A DNA stretch of 64,000 nt from Octopus sinensis (lineage: Eukaryota). A model generated the notes under the pieces. That model saw only the letters and a list, made by a program, of their open reading frames with translations. It was not told the DNA's origin and did no database searches. This document shows, piece by piece, positions 1 through 12,600 of this stretch; within the stretch, counting starts at the first letter, position 1, and each line of letters starts with the position of its first letter. The DNA lies in assembly GCF_006345805.1 (NCBI RefSeq), contig NC_043005.1, positions 71,362,001 to 71,426,000 on the forward strand, given 5' to 3'. The position numbers and the translations under genes are program-made.

Positions 1-1432
1 TTTATATATGGGTATATGTATATATGTGTGTGTGCATATATATATATATATATATAAATATTTGTGCATATGTATGTATATATAAATGTTTGTGCATATG
101 TATATATATATATAGCAAATGAAAGATGGAAGATGGAATAGACGAGAATTTATTAATCACAACAATTGTTTCAACACATTTAGTTTGGTAATGAGAGGAA
201 ATATACTTGTACAAATAATGCATTAATTTTTTTATATGGTATCGATTTTATTTCTCAACTAAGGATATAAATTATTACCACCAAATTATTTCGAAATTAT
301 TTATAATTATTCATTGTATCTTTTAACTGAGTCATTCTTCAATTAATGTGATTTAAGTTGACTGTCTTCAATTAATGTGGATGTTATTACTTCATACATG
401 TATGTATATCAATGCTGTATGTTTAATACTATCAGAGAAAGTGGCATGCAATTGGTCCTAATAAAGACAGCAAAACACGAAACCATTTGTTGCTGTGCAA
501 GGAATATGCTAGAAGGATATAAATGCAATTTTCCACTATCTGAATTCCAATAATAAAAAATATGCTTACAAAATTTAGCTACTACTGTAATTCTATATTC
601 AAGATCAATGTTAATAAGTTTTGTCATATAAAATACTAAAAAACAATTATCGTAAACAATAGCTGATATTGTTATGTCGACGGCCCCAGACTCCAGTTTG
701 ATTATAATCTTTGTTTCTGAGTGTATGTTATTAGATTAGAAAACAAATTACGATAAGATTGTATCATGGTATTACAAGAACGGAGTTATATATGAAGAAA
801 ATAAATTTCAGTTAATTAATCCTCAATGGAATTTATGCATTCAACGTCTCACATAAAAACAAACATGGATAATATGGATAATGTGGTGTTAGAATGTTGC
901 ATACCATTATTCCTAATATTTGTTACCATTGTATAAGCATACTATCCTTCTATATCATTGGATAATTGTAGTCAGGTGTAGAACAACTGTAGAACAACTA
1001 GCATGAAATGTTGTAGCAGTGGACAGAAAAATTACTTTCTCATTGGGATCTATGATTATTCTTGTCTACTCTAGGTCTGAAATTTTGGAGGAGAGGGCTA
1101 GTCAATTAGATCGACCCAGTACACAGCTGGTACAATTTATCGACACCCGAAAGTATGAAAAGCAAAGCCGACCTCCACAGTATTTGAACTCAGAATGTAA
1201 AGACAGATGAAATACTGCTAAGTATTTTACCCAGCATGCTAACGTTTCTACCAGCTTACTGCCTTTGGATCTATGATTATTGCATGAGCTTAATATCTAT
1301 AATAAATTTGTTATCTTCGAGTATTGGGCACTGTTCAATATCTAAACCAAGTATGTGCTGTGTGTGTATTTATACATTAATAAATATGAGCATCTATATA
1401 TGTATGCATATATACATACATGCATATATATA

Positions 1433-1625
1433 TCATCATCATCGTATAATGTCCGTTTTCCATGCTGGCATGGGTTGCACTGCTTGACTGAAACTGGTAA
1501 GCCAGAGAGCTGCCCCAGGCTTCAGTCTGTTTTGGTTTGGTTTCTATGGCTGGATGCCCTTCCTAATGCCAACCACTCCACAGAGTGTACAAGGTGCCTT
1601 TTATGTGCCACCAGCACTGACCCCA
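1433..1625 (-). mobile_element. SINE-like family B ((GAT)n tail), partial copy
   Basis: (CAT)n start followed by the ggatgcccttcctaatgccaaccactcc core shared with about 10 other copies in the window. Confidence 0.75.
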
Positions 1626-1639
1626 ACTACAACTTCACT

Positions 1640-1890
1640 TAATTTGACATATCTTCTCAAGCACAGTAAATTATCGAAAAGTCTTGGTCACTTTTCATCA
1701 CCTCCATGAGATTCAACATCTGAAGATTAAATTTCACCACCTCATTCCAAGTCTTCCTTATATATATGAGTAAACTTATATATATGAGTAAACATCATTT
1801 TTGCCTGTACTTTTCCATTCTTGCATGTGTCAAATGGACTTCAATAAGCAGATTTTCAATGTTTAGATATCCTTCCTGTCACCAGTTTTA
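1640..1890 (-). mobile_element. RTE-type LINE 3' fragment
   Basis: Reverse complement resembles the RTE 3' ends at 13790-13900 and 62530-62640 (gaggtggtgaa...gatcttc...gtgcttgagaag). Confidence 0.65.
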
Positions 1891-1906
1891 ACCTCTGTGT
1901 GTGTGT

Positions 1907-1960
<54 letters not shown>

Positions 1961-1961
1961 T

Positions 1962-3186
1962 GTGTGTGATGGCAAGTCAAAAATTATACGCACTCCTGTT
2001 TCTGTACTTTATTAAAACAAAACCATAGGTTGAACAATTAGATCAGATTTTGAGATAGTTGTCTTGCTTTTCAATGCACTACTTCCAGCAGTCCACAGCT
2101 TATTCCATTGGAGAAGGTTTTTGACTGGTCATGCAACTTCCTATTTTTCTTCATCCATAGCAAACTGAGGACTTCCTAAAGAGTGCATGAGCAAGCCAGA
2201 GAGAAGATAGTCAGAAGAGGTAAGATCTGGACTTTGTCTGTTGAATATTCAAGCAACTCAAAACCCAATTGCTCAACGGCCTCGTTCATGTTGGTAGCTG
2301 TATGTGGGTATGCATTGCCATGCAACAATGACACTTCCTTTGACAATATACCTCAGCATTTGGTGTGAATTACTGATCTCAGTTTGTTGGCCAAAATTTC
2401 ACCGTAGCTAATACCGGTCACTGTAAACCCCTTTTCCAGGTAGCATTCCAGTATATGCCCTTTTGCTTAGTATTACTTTTCCTGCAAAGGTTCTCTTGTA
2501 TTTCTTTTTTATTGGTGATTCTGGATGTTTCCATTGCATACTCTGGATTCTGGTTCAAAGATTTGGGCCCAGATCTCATCTGTTGTGATTATTCTTTCTA
2601 GAAAAGCTTCACCTTCATCTTTGTAGAAGTCAAGTAAGAGGCGACAGGTTTCCACATGATTAAGCTTAAGCACTTCAGTAAGCTCTATTAGCACAGACCT
2701 CATGGATTTGAAGATTATTGTGGATTATTTTGTATGAAGAACTATGACTAACTTGCAGAGAACATGCCACCTCTTTGACATTGACTCGTTAATTCACCAG
2801 AACCAGCTCTCAAGCTTATTGAATCTTCATGTCAGTGGTGATGTTGATTGGTGCCTTGTTTCTTCTTTTTGATCATCACATATACACTTCTACACAGTAG
2901 AGCACTGTCCCTGTATTGTACTGAAAGCCTGGGATGAATTTCAGCCTTTGACATACATTAATCATAGAGAAATCAAATTAGTGATCTCCGTTCTTTTTTG
3001 GTGCACACTTCCAGCTGAGCGGCTATGTTTATTCTGTAAGACAAGACCAAAAACTGGAGTGGCCAAAGTCAAACATCGGTTATGTAATCAAAAAAGAACC
3101 ACCTTTGGGAATGCGAGTACAGAAAGCAGTGTATCCAATCCAAAGGAAGTTTTGATGAAAGTGCAATTAATTTTTGCCTTCCCCTT
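1962..3186 (-). mobile_element. Degenerate mariner transposon, about 1.2 kb
   Basis: ORF 2509-2703 reads CRLLLDFYKDEGEAFLERIITTDEIW..FEPES, the mariner first catalytic-Asp region; degenerate inverted termini near 1965-1995 and 3155-3185. Confidence 0.8.
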
Positions 3187-3799
3187 GTATATATATATAT
3201 ATGTGTGCGTGTACAACATTGCACTGTGCTTTACAAGTACTATGTAGTGATGTATTAAACTCACAAATCAACGTAATCTACATGGCTAGAGGCAAAGTAA
3301 TGGTTGCAGCTGCGTAAGAATATATTAAGAAAAATAACTAATAAACAACACCAATGAAATATTAATATAGTCATTCCTACAGTTATTTCAATATTGCATA
3401 TTTTGCTGCACCTAGGCAGTGCACGCATTGTTTCTTCAAGGAGAGTCATACTGCCTGTGCCCATAGAAGAACTTGGTCATTTAATATTAGTTTTTTTCCA
3501 TGATAGCACAGGCTTAACAGTGATCTATTACCAAAGCGTCAATTATACAGGCAGATGCTCTCCCTGTTGCTAACCCTCAACTGTTTTTAAAGTTAGGGAT
3601 TTGTATTCTAGTGCTGAGCTACAGAGTGATGTGTTGACTGGGAATTGTTAACATAATGTTTCTGCATTTCTACAATCAAATTCATGTGAAGATATCACAG
3701 AACGTAAACATTCAAAGAAATACAAATTTACAGCCCACACGTGTGTGTTCCAGGAGAATAATAATAATAATAACAACAACAACAACAACAATAGTGTTA

Positions 3800-3990
3800 A
3801 ACATATGGAATTCAAAAAGGTGCCCAAGGTTGTTGATGGAACGATGGGGGATAATCTTGTGGGTGTCTCCTAAGCGAGTTGCCAGACGTCTGAGCTTCAA
3901 TGTGTCTATGCCCAGGGAAGCAAGACATTCAGAGTATGGTTGATGCCTCTTGGTGGGTATTTGTCTGGTTGCACATTTCTGTGCCAAATT
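3800..3990 (-). mobile_element. CR1/L2-type LINE RT C-terminal remnant
   Basis: YSECLASLGIDTLKLRRLATRLGDTHKII resembles the CR1 motif YEERL..L.L.SLE.RR.RGDLI..YKII. Confidence 0.65.
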
Positions 3991-4099
3991 TTTGTTTCTT
4001 CATTTCTCAGATTGAAAGAGAAGGTTGTAACAATATTTTGATCACACACTATTGAACATTGCTTGCCACAGCTGACTAACTAGCAGAATGTGGTCAAGA

Positions 4100-4490
4100 T
4101 GTAAAGATAATTTAGAAGCTCACTATGAAATAAAAGTTTTGTACTAAACTGAGCAAAAATGCTACAGATTCTTATGAAATGCTCTAGATTGCTTATGGAT
4201 TAACTTATAAGAGTCAGGCACCTGTTATGTGGTTGCACAAGAGACCAGGCAAAGTGAGTTCACCAGGACAGCCATGATAATCCCCTGTTTTTGGCAACAA
4301 GGCATCGTCTACATCAATGGAGTTCCCTCTGACCACAATGAGTATTTTTTGGCAGCTTTGAGATTTCATTGCAAAAGGTCAGAGCTCTTCAATTTTGATC
4401 GTTGGCACCTGCACCAGGACAATGCACCAGACCACAGTTCCATCCTGGTAACCAACTGCTTCAAATACATGGGTATCACAAATGCCCGTC
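4100..4490 (+). mobile_element. Internally deleted mariner remnant
   Basis: N-terminal KL.KNATDSYEML..AYG-like stretch; ORF 4229-4531 has FWQQGIVYIN and WHLHQDNAPDH (second Asp motif). Confidence 0.75.
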
Positions 4491-4863
4491 GCATTTACTA
4501 TTACATCAAGGCAGATGGAATGGTCACTTAAGGGCTGGTTCTAATTGCACCTGTCAGTTTTAATATATATATATATGTGACTTTTGGTTATTCCTCAACA
4601 CAAAGGAATGGTTGATGGAGGCTGTGACAGGGGTCCTGGACACCTTCACTTTCAAGGACTTCCTTGGGGGTTTTCATGAAGTGGCTGTAATGCTACAACC
4701 AATGCATTGAAGTCAAAGGATCCAAATTTGAATGTGATTAGAGCTTTGTACATTTTTGAAATTAATAAATGTCTCTCATGAAAAAGTCTCAAAACACATC
4801 TGCACCTTGTCTACATACATGTATCTGTGTACATGTCTGTGTGTATGTGCATGTATATACCTT

Positions 4864-4952
<89 letters not shown>

Positions 4953-4981
4953 GCATATATATATATACATATATACACATA

Positions 4982-5358
4982 CACTTGCGTCAGAAATTAA
5001 TTAGCACTTCTCAAATTTCTACATTAAATAGGTTAAATCAATTAACCTATGAGCTGTTCAAAACGTCTTACGCGATGAGAAAACTTAGTATGGTGTGATT
5101 TCGGTCCTTGCGAGGCGCTACCTATATCTATTAAACAAAGGAAGATTTGTCTGCATCCGCACTCCAAGTTGTTGCACTGCTATGTCAACATCATAAGGCT
5201 GTAGATTCTCAAACTGCTCTGCAAACAAAGTTACGTCATCGTTCTGCGCAACAGTGAACTCACAACAAAGCAATAGTTCGAGATATGGCCACTAGGTGAC
5301 AGCACATACCTTGAGTGAAGAGCAAATCAAGGGTGCTAATTAATTTCTGACGGTAGTG
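4982..5358. mobile_element. Tc1/mariner-type MITE, about 377 bp
   Basis: Terminal inverted repeats cacttgcgtcagaaattaattagcac / gtgctaattaatttctgacggtagtg flanked by TA. Confidence 0.8.
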
Positions 5359-5366
5359 TATATATA

Positions 5367-5408
<42 letters not shown>

Positions 5409-6510
5409 CACACATATATATATATACACACATATATATATATATACATACACATATATATATATACATACACACACACACACATATATATACATATATG
5501 TATACAGTTGTGTGTACATATATGTAGATGTATATATCTATACACCCAGACACACACACACATACATATATATATACATGTATGTGTATATACATATATA
5601 TATATATATGTGTATATATATACATATATATATGTGTATGTATATATATATATATGTGTGTGTGTGTTTATATATATGTGTATATGTATACACACACACA
5701 TATACACACACACACAGATATGTATGTAATAATTATACAGCAGACTGCGTTTATTGGATGATATGAAATTTTTAAAGTAAGTCAAACTCACAATTTTACC
5801 CTTACTGCTTTCAATACAAATAAGTGTAAACATAACTTAAAAAATGCTTTTATCTCTCCGTGGGCAATTTTGGGATTGTCCTCTCTCTTTTCATCTCTAT
5901 TTGGTGAATCATAAGAGAAATAAAAGTATTTGTTTACATTTGTTTACTCTTGTTTATATTAAACACTGTGAGGCTAAAACTGTAGATACAACACACATTT
6001 ATAAGCACACACACACACACACACCACACACAAACATCGCACACACAAACACACATGGCACACACACACAAACATCACACACACAAACACACATGGCACA
6101 CACACACACACACACACAAATATATATATGAGTATGTATGCCTATATAGAGAGACAGAGAGCCAGACAGTGAGAGACAGAGAAAAGCATATATGTGTATG
6201 TATATATATGTGCGTGTGTCTATTTATTTACACACACACACACACATAAATTTCATTTTTTTTATCTCTTAATTGTTTTTGTCATTAGACTGTGGCCAAA
6301 CTGGGGCATCACCTCTAAAGATTTTAGTCAAACAAATTAAGACCAGTACATTTTTTTTTAATTTGAAGTCTAATATTTATACAACCAGTCTGTATTGTGA
6401 AACTACTAAGTTATAGAGATATTAGGACACCAACACCAGTTGTCAAGCAGTGATGGGAAAGAAACACAGACACAAAGACAACCACGTACATAAATATATA
6501 TATATATATA

Positions 6511-7009
6511 TAAAACTCAACTTGTGTGTCTGTGTGTGTATCTGTGTGTGTGTCTGTGAGTTTAACTTCCCGGCACATCTCCTCCTAGCCAACAGATCGT
6601 ACAACTACCAAAAATGGGTCACTTAAAGTTTAGGCGAATGAAAATTGAACTGCACTATTTCTGTTCCGAAATTCATCTCGGAAGTGCAAAAATCGATAAT
6701 GTGTTTGTTTAGGCCTTATCCCATGCATTGAATAGTGAACTTTACTCAGTCAGCTGTTTGACGTGAACTGTGTTCACCACGCGTGCAAGCATGTGTAAAT
6801 TGCATGAAAAATAAAAAATCAAGATATAAAAATGAATCGCCGTAAACATTGTAGAAATTCGGCAAAGAAATGAATTTTTGGGATGTAGCCTGGAGAGTTT
6901 TTTCGTATTAATCATTTGGACTTTGTGAACACATACCAATTGTTTTCACAACATTTTTAACGCTTTGGATTAAATGTGACCATTTTGCAAAACCGGGCAA
7001 TACTGCTAG
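6511..7009 (+). mobile_element. Probable non-autonomous Helitron-like element
   Basis: Internal (TG)-rich block, ends ccgggcaatactgCTAG|T; an inverted related terminus lies at 7441-7475. Confidence 0.5.
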
Positions 7010-7359
7010 TATATATATATATATATATATATACTGTCCTTACCTTCGAAACACACTTTGAGTCGAACCAGGGACAGCTGATGAAGGGGAATTTTCCTTG
7101 TATTGTTTGTCCTGTACTCTGTTTTTCATTGTTTAAAAAAAGTCCGTTTCCTTGTTTGATTTTATGTTCTCGTCTCTCGTTGTGTTCTACGTTTATTTGT
7201 GATGTCCTGTACTCTTATATATATATATGTATGCATGTATATATACATGTAGATGTAAGTATGTACATATATGTATGTATATATGGATATATTTTATTTA
7301 TTTATTATATTACTATATATATATATATTATATATATATTATTATATATATCTATATAT

Positions 7360-7442
<83 letters not shown>

Positions 7443-8097
7443 TAACAGTATTACCCGGCTTTTCAAAATGGTCATATATATATATACATGTCTTTCATTT
7501 GTTCCTTCTTCTAGCAGCCCTTCCACACTTTGTTCATTCCACTCTTCATTCTTTCGTTCCCTCTCTCTCACATTTCCTGGCCTTCTCTTCATTGCTCCCT
7601 TTCCTTCTTTCACTTCACTGTGTCTCTTTCATTTTTTTCTCGTCCCTCCTAATTCTTATATATATATATATATGGTTTTTGCATGCACCTATATGTACAC
7701 ACACACACACACATATATATATATATGGTTTTTATCCAAAATCGAGACAAATGCCATTCCTCCATGTAATCAGCTTGAAAAATTGTTAGGTTATTAAGAT
7801 ATTTTTCTTAACATGAAACTAATGGTAGCCTTAATACACAAATAAATAAATTCTATCTACCAATGCGGTGCTGAGCACTCATTTTCATCATTTGACATTT
7901 GTGTGTGTGTGTGGTTGTAGAGATCACTTCATAACCACATGGATCCATGTTTTATTTCACTGCATGGTGCATGAGGCTAGTGTCTTTCACTCAGGCTGCC
8001 CATTATCTTATGAGTGAAATTGGTAGATGGAAACTTTATGGCAGTCTGTCATGTATGCATACACAGACATAAAAATAAATACGCCCATATAAAGCCT

Positions 8098-8328
8098 AGC
8101 CAGGCTCATGGACCCGGTTTCCTGATTTCTATGGTGTATGTGTTCCCCAGCTGGACGGGACGCCAGTCCATCACAGCGTCACTCATTTTTGCCAGCTGAG
8201 TGGACTGGAGCAACGTGAAATGAAGTGTTTTGCTCAAGAACGCAATGCATCGCTCGGTCCAGGAATTGAAACCACAATCTTACGAACATGATGCTGACGC
8301 CCTAACCACTAAGCCACGCGCCTCCACA
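8098..8328 (-). mobile_element. tRNA-derived SINE family D (CORE-like)
   Basis: Reverse strand starts gtggaggcgcgtggcttagtggttagg (A box) ... ggtttcaattcc (B box), then ccagtccactcagctggcaaaaatgagt. Confidence 0.8.
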
Positions 8329-8464
8329 TCCACACATATATGATTATATAATATGCATAATATATATATAACCATTATATACATATTCCATACACACATA
8401 TTCATGATGCATATATCTAATGTATAACATACATAATATACATAATATATACAATATAATATAT

Positions 8465-9067
8465 ACAATGTAAAGTATAATAGCTATCTCAATATGGCTA
8501 ACCACAAAGGGGGTGTGTTTCTGTAGCTTTTAGCCCCAGGAGATCATCGTCTCCAGCTGGCTTTAGGCACACTATCTGTGCCCTTATGGTATTTGCAAAG
8601 GGAGGCCATCCCTTTCTCGTAAGCCTAAGCGATACACACCGGACCGCGGTTTTGAGGTTATTGCCTCTTATCAACGGGCGGTAATCACCGAATCACGAAA
8701 GAAAAAGCCTGTTTGCAAATATATAAGTGTTTTTCTAGTGACTTCTGACACTGATTTCGAAAAACTGACTGTAAGCATTATTAAATCTCAGAACGAGATG
8801 TAAACAGTAAGCACTCGACAATGTAAAGTATAATAGCCATCTCAATATGGCTAACCACAAAGGGGGGGTGTTACTGTAGCTTTTTAGCCCCAGGAGATCA
8901 TCGTCTCCATAAGAGCACAGACAGAGTGCCTAAAGCCAGCTGGAGACGATGATCTCCTGGGGCTAAAAAGCTACAGTAACACCCCACTTTGTGGTTAGCC
9001 ATATTGAGATGGCTATTATACTTTACATTGTCAAGCAATTACTGTTTACATCTCGTTCTGAGATTTA
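8465..9067. repeat. Palindromic element: inverted arms 8781-8909 / 8941-9067 plus a direct partial copy at 8465-8587
   Basis: aatgtaaagtataatagccatctcaatatggctaacc...gatcatcgtctcca is present twice forward and once reverse-complemented. Confidence 0.9.
8639..8677 (-). ncRNA. Minimal type-I hammerhead motif, U3:A8 variant with G12 mutated
   Basis: Minus strand CCG-UUGAUAA-GAGG-caauaa-CCUC-AAAA-CCGCGG-UC-CGG. Confidence 0.6.
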
Positions 9068-9209
9068 AAAATATATACAATATATCTCTTGTATACATAT
9101 GACTGTAAACAACAGTAACAACAATAATCTTTATAATTTATAATTTCATAATGAATAAATTTAAATTTTCAATTTCTGTTTTGATTTTTTTTTTGTTTCG
9201 ATAATAATT

Positions 9210-9640
9210 ATCATCATCATCATCATCATCATCGTTTAGCGTCCATTTTCCGCGCAAGCACGGGTTGGACGGTTCAACCGGGGTCTGGGAAGCCAGGGGC
9301 TGCACCAGGCTCCAGTCTGATCTAGCAGTGTTTCTACAGCTGGATGCCCTTCCTAACGCCAACCACTCCGTGAGTGTAGTGGGTTCTTTTTACGTGCCAC
9401 CTGCACAGGTGCCGGGGGAGTCTGGCATCGGCCACGATCGGTTGGTGCTTTTAATGTGCCACTGGCACGGAAGCCAGCCAAGGCGGCGCTGGCATCGGCC
9501 ACGTTCGGATGGTGCTTTTTATGTGCCACCGGCACAGAAGCCAGTCGAGGTGGTGCTGGCATCGGCCACGTTCGGATGGTGCTTTTTATGTGCCACCGGC
9601 ACAGGTATCACAACTACTATTTCCATCGATGTTCATGTAC
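9210..9640 (-). mobile_element. SINE-like family B with internal tandem units
   Basis: (CAT)n, conserved core, repeated ggtgctttttatgtgccaccggcac units. Confidence 0.85.
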
Positions 9641-10149
9641 TTCTTTAAAACTAATGATTTTTCTTTTCGTTACCAGTGTATTTTTACCCCCATCATCATC
9701 AGGATTCACACCAAGGTGCATATGTTCATCAATGCATGCATCTATACATTTATACATACTTGCATTTACCTGTGTATATATGAATATGTATGCTGGCTGC
9801 TCTTTTATGCATATGTGTGTGTTTGAGTGTGACTAAATATTTCGAGTACATGTGGCCACATGTATGATGTGTGTGGGAGTCTGTGTACATAAGCACATGG
9901 AAACACATATGTGGTTGTGTTGGTGTCTATGTCTCTGAGTGTGTCTGTGTAAAACCATAAAAGTTCTTCATAAACTTAGATTTTCTCAATTTCATGAAAT
10001 TCTGGTTTGCCATGGAATTCAAATTGCTCTCGAGGAAGAGAGCTTAGGTCAATAAATCCTATTACATCAAGGCAGATGGAATGGTCACTTAAGGGCTGGT
10101 TCTAATTGCACTTGTCAGTTTTAATATATATTTAATTTAGTTGGCTTAC

Positions 10150-10324
10150 TGGTGCAAAAAGCTGCTTGTCATTCGATTGCTTATGATTATAGATGCTTTA
10201 CAACACTTGTAAGTCACTGCAGCTGCTTCTTCCAGATTTAATATGCTGTAGGTGGTAAACAGAGAATCTACAGGAGTGAAAGATATAGCAGTAATGCAGC
10301 AGTTATGGTTTCCACCCTCATAAA
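10150..10324 (-). CDS. Candidate internal exon of an unidentified gene (YEGGNHNCCITAISFTPVDSLFTTYSILNLEEAAAVTYKCCKASIIISNRMTSSFLH)
   Basis: ttattttAG acceptor, 57 open codons, CA|GTAAGC donor; no recognisable homology. Confidence 0.25.
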
Positions 10325-10959
10325 CTAAAATAAGCTATAGTTACTTTCAAGTTTTCGCCCGCTAACAAAACAATAAATAAGCTTTTAAAGAATCTCTTGT
10401 CTTGCTCATAGTAACCAATAGCTTCTCCTTCAATGGGCTTCTTGCTAATTTTAAGATATATGGGCAAGCATGTTTAACTGTCACGAGTTTTAGGAAGCCT
10501 TCCTTTAACAAAACACACGTTGATCATCGTAGCTGAAAGATTTGAATTATTGTTTTGTGAGACCAGCTACTTCAATAATACATGTCTTCCTAAATCTAAC
10601 TGGATTTGCCCTAAACCAATTTTAAATTTCCTCAATGAATAATTATGGTTGTCCTTCCATTTGAAATTGTCATAGCTGCACTTTATAACTGACACTTTCT
10701 TTTAGAACCAAAAAATACTTTTGCTCTGATCCATTGCTGACCTTCACTAATGCTCAAGCGTGATTCATATCAATTACTCCTCAAATATCTTTATCTCCTA
10801 CTTGTTTCTGTCATTGAAATGTGGTTATGCTGGGACACTGCCTTAAATGGTTTTTAGTAAAATGAATCAATGCAAGTGGTTTCCATTTTTAAATTTGGAA
10901 CTCATTCTGTCAGTCTCTTTTACTGGATTCTTCTTATTCTTCTTCTTAATCCTTTTTGC

Positions 10960-11460
10960 ACCTTGTTGATCATAGGGCCTCGACAGTTGTTTTCCACTTT
11001 TTGCAGTCATTGGCGTGTTTCTTGGCTGCTTCCTATGTCAGACTGGTGGTTCTGGGCTCACCCAAAATGCTCCGCTTCCATGGCTGCTTAGGGCATCCTC
11101 ACTTCCTTTCCTTTTCCCCTGTGGGTTCCAGTTAAGTGCTTGTTGTGTCACATTTGAGGGTTCTTTCCACAGCGAGTGTCCAATCCATGGTTCTTTCCAC
11201 AGTGTATGTCAGATCCATTTACTGGATGATACTCAAGAAAAGTTAGGACATTTACTGGATGATACTCAAGAAAAGTTAGGACAGTCAAGGCTAGAGCACC
11301 AGTTGAACAAAGTAATGTCTCAGTCGATGTTGCTGTTGTTAAGCCTTAAGTCAATCTTACAACCTATGAGTAAAGATAGTCAAGCCATCTCACAACACCA
11401 TCATTTTTCTGTCATGCACAATGTATCAAGGACTACAACATTGTTTTCTACTCTAGGCAC
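10960..11460 (-). mobile_element. RTE-type LINE 3' remnant with a 33-bp tandem duplication at about 11217-11282
   Basis: Minus strand encodes a WNPQGKRK-like RTE C-terminus; atttactggatgatactcaagaaaagttaggac occurs twice in tandem. Confidence 0.6.
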
Positions 11461-11516
11461 AAGGCCCAAAATTTTTGGAGAGGCAGGCCAGTCGATTAGA
11501 TCGGAGATGGTCTAAT

Positions 11517-12268
11517 GAATGGGACCTGTGTCTGAACATGTCAAAGTGCTGTCATCTGCCTGTTGGCTCTCCTCCTGCAACTCAACTTGATTTCGAGCCG
11601 GGTTGTCTGCTGCTGGAGAGGACTGATCAGGTAAAGGACCTGGGTATCTTGATGGATTTCTCCTTTTCGCCTTCGGCCCAGTGCATCCAGAACGCTCACA
11701 GCAGCCATATTCCTACTGCTCTATGTCACGCTGGTGAGACCCATATTGGAGTACGGGATTCAAGCCTCTTCTCCTTATCTCCTCAAAGATATACAGCATC
11801 TTGAAAGAGTCCAGAAGCTGGCTACCTGCATGGTTCTTGGTCTCAAGAATTTGTCTTATGAAGAAAGGCTGAAAACGCTCGACCTTTATTCTCTAGAAAA
11901 ACGACGACGCCGTGGTGATCTCATTCTTGCTCACAACATCATAAGCGGAAAGTGTAACCTCTCGAAAGAGCTGTTCTTCACTCCTGCTCCAGAGCGTTGG
12001 CTGCGGGGTCATTCCGAAAAGCTCTATCTGTGATGATTTCATCTCAATCGAAGGAGAGGGGCTTTCTCCGTCCGGGTTGCGGATCCATGGAATAAGCTGC
12101 CGGACGAGATGGTGAAGATGCCGACGACCGCTCGGTTCAAAGTTTCCCTTGACCACATATGGCCTGAACTCTTTACATGAACACCACCCTGTACATAATT
12201 CCATGTCCCCCTACATGGCCTTGCGTTTTGCTTTTTGAGCCAAAAAATTAACTAACTAACTAACTAAC
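11517..12268 (+). mobile_element. CR1-clade LINE, 5'-truncated, with (TAAC)n tail
   Basis: ORF 11734-12033 RPILEYGIQASSPYLLKDIQHLERVQK..YEERLKTLDLYSLEKRRRRGDLI; (taac)n tail ending near 12268. Confidence 0.92.
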
Positions 12269-12269
12269 C

Positions 12270-12600
12270 CCAGCACACAACTGGTACTTAATTTATAGAA
12301 CCTGAAAGGATGAAAGGCAAAGTCAACCTCGGTGGAATTTGAACTCAGAACGTAAAGACAGATAAAATACCTATTTCTTTACTACCCACAAGGGACTAAG
12401 TACAGAGAAGACAAACAAGGACAGACAAACGGATTAAGTCGATTATATCAACCCCAGTGCATAACTGGTACTTATTTAATCGACCTCAAGAGGATGAAAG
12501 GCAAAGTCGACCTCGGTGGAATTTGAACTTAGAACGTAGCGGCAGAGGAAATACCACTAAGCATTTCGCCCGGCATGCTAACATTTCTGCCAGCTCACCA
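12270..12600 (-). mobile_element. SINE family C, two adjacent pieces
   Basis: gaaaggatgaaaggcaaagtcgacctcggtggaatttgaactcagaacgt motif present twice. Confidence 0.8.

Noticed and set aside
7035-7100. Type-II hammerhead (GAAA...GUC...CUGAUGA order)
   Set aside because: Core words are present, but helix I does not pair and helix II is weak; at most a rearranged remnant of a PLE-type terminus
9370-9610. CRISPR-like repeat-spacer pattern (also at 36617-36800 and 48900-49290)
   Set aside because: These are internal tandem units of a dispersed SINE-like family in eukaryotic DNA; the intervening sequence is also repeated and no cas genes are present
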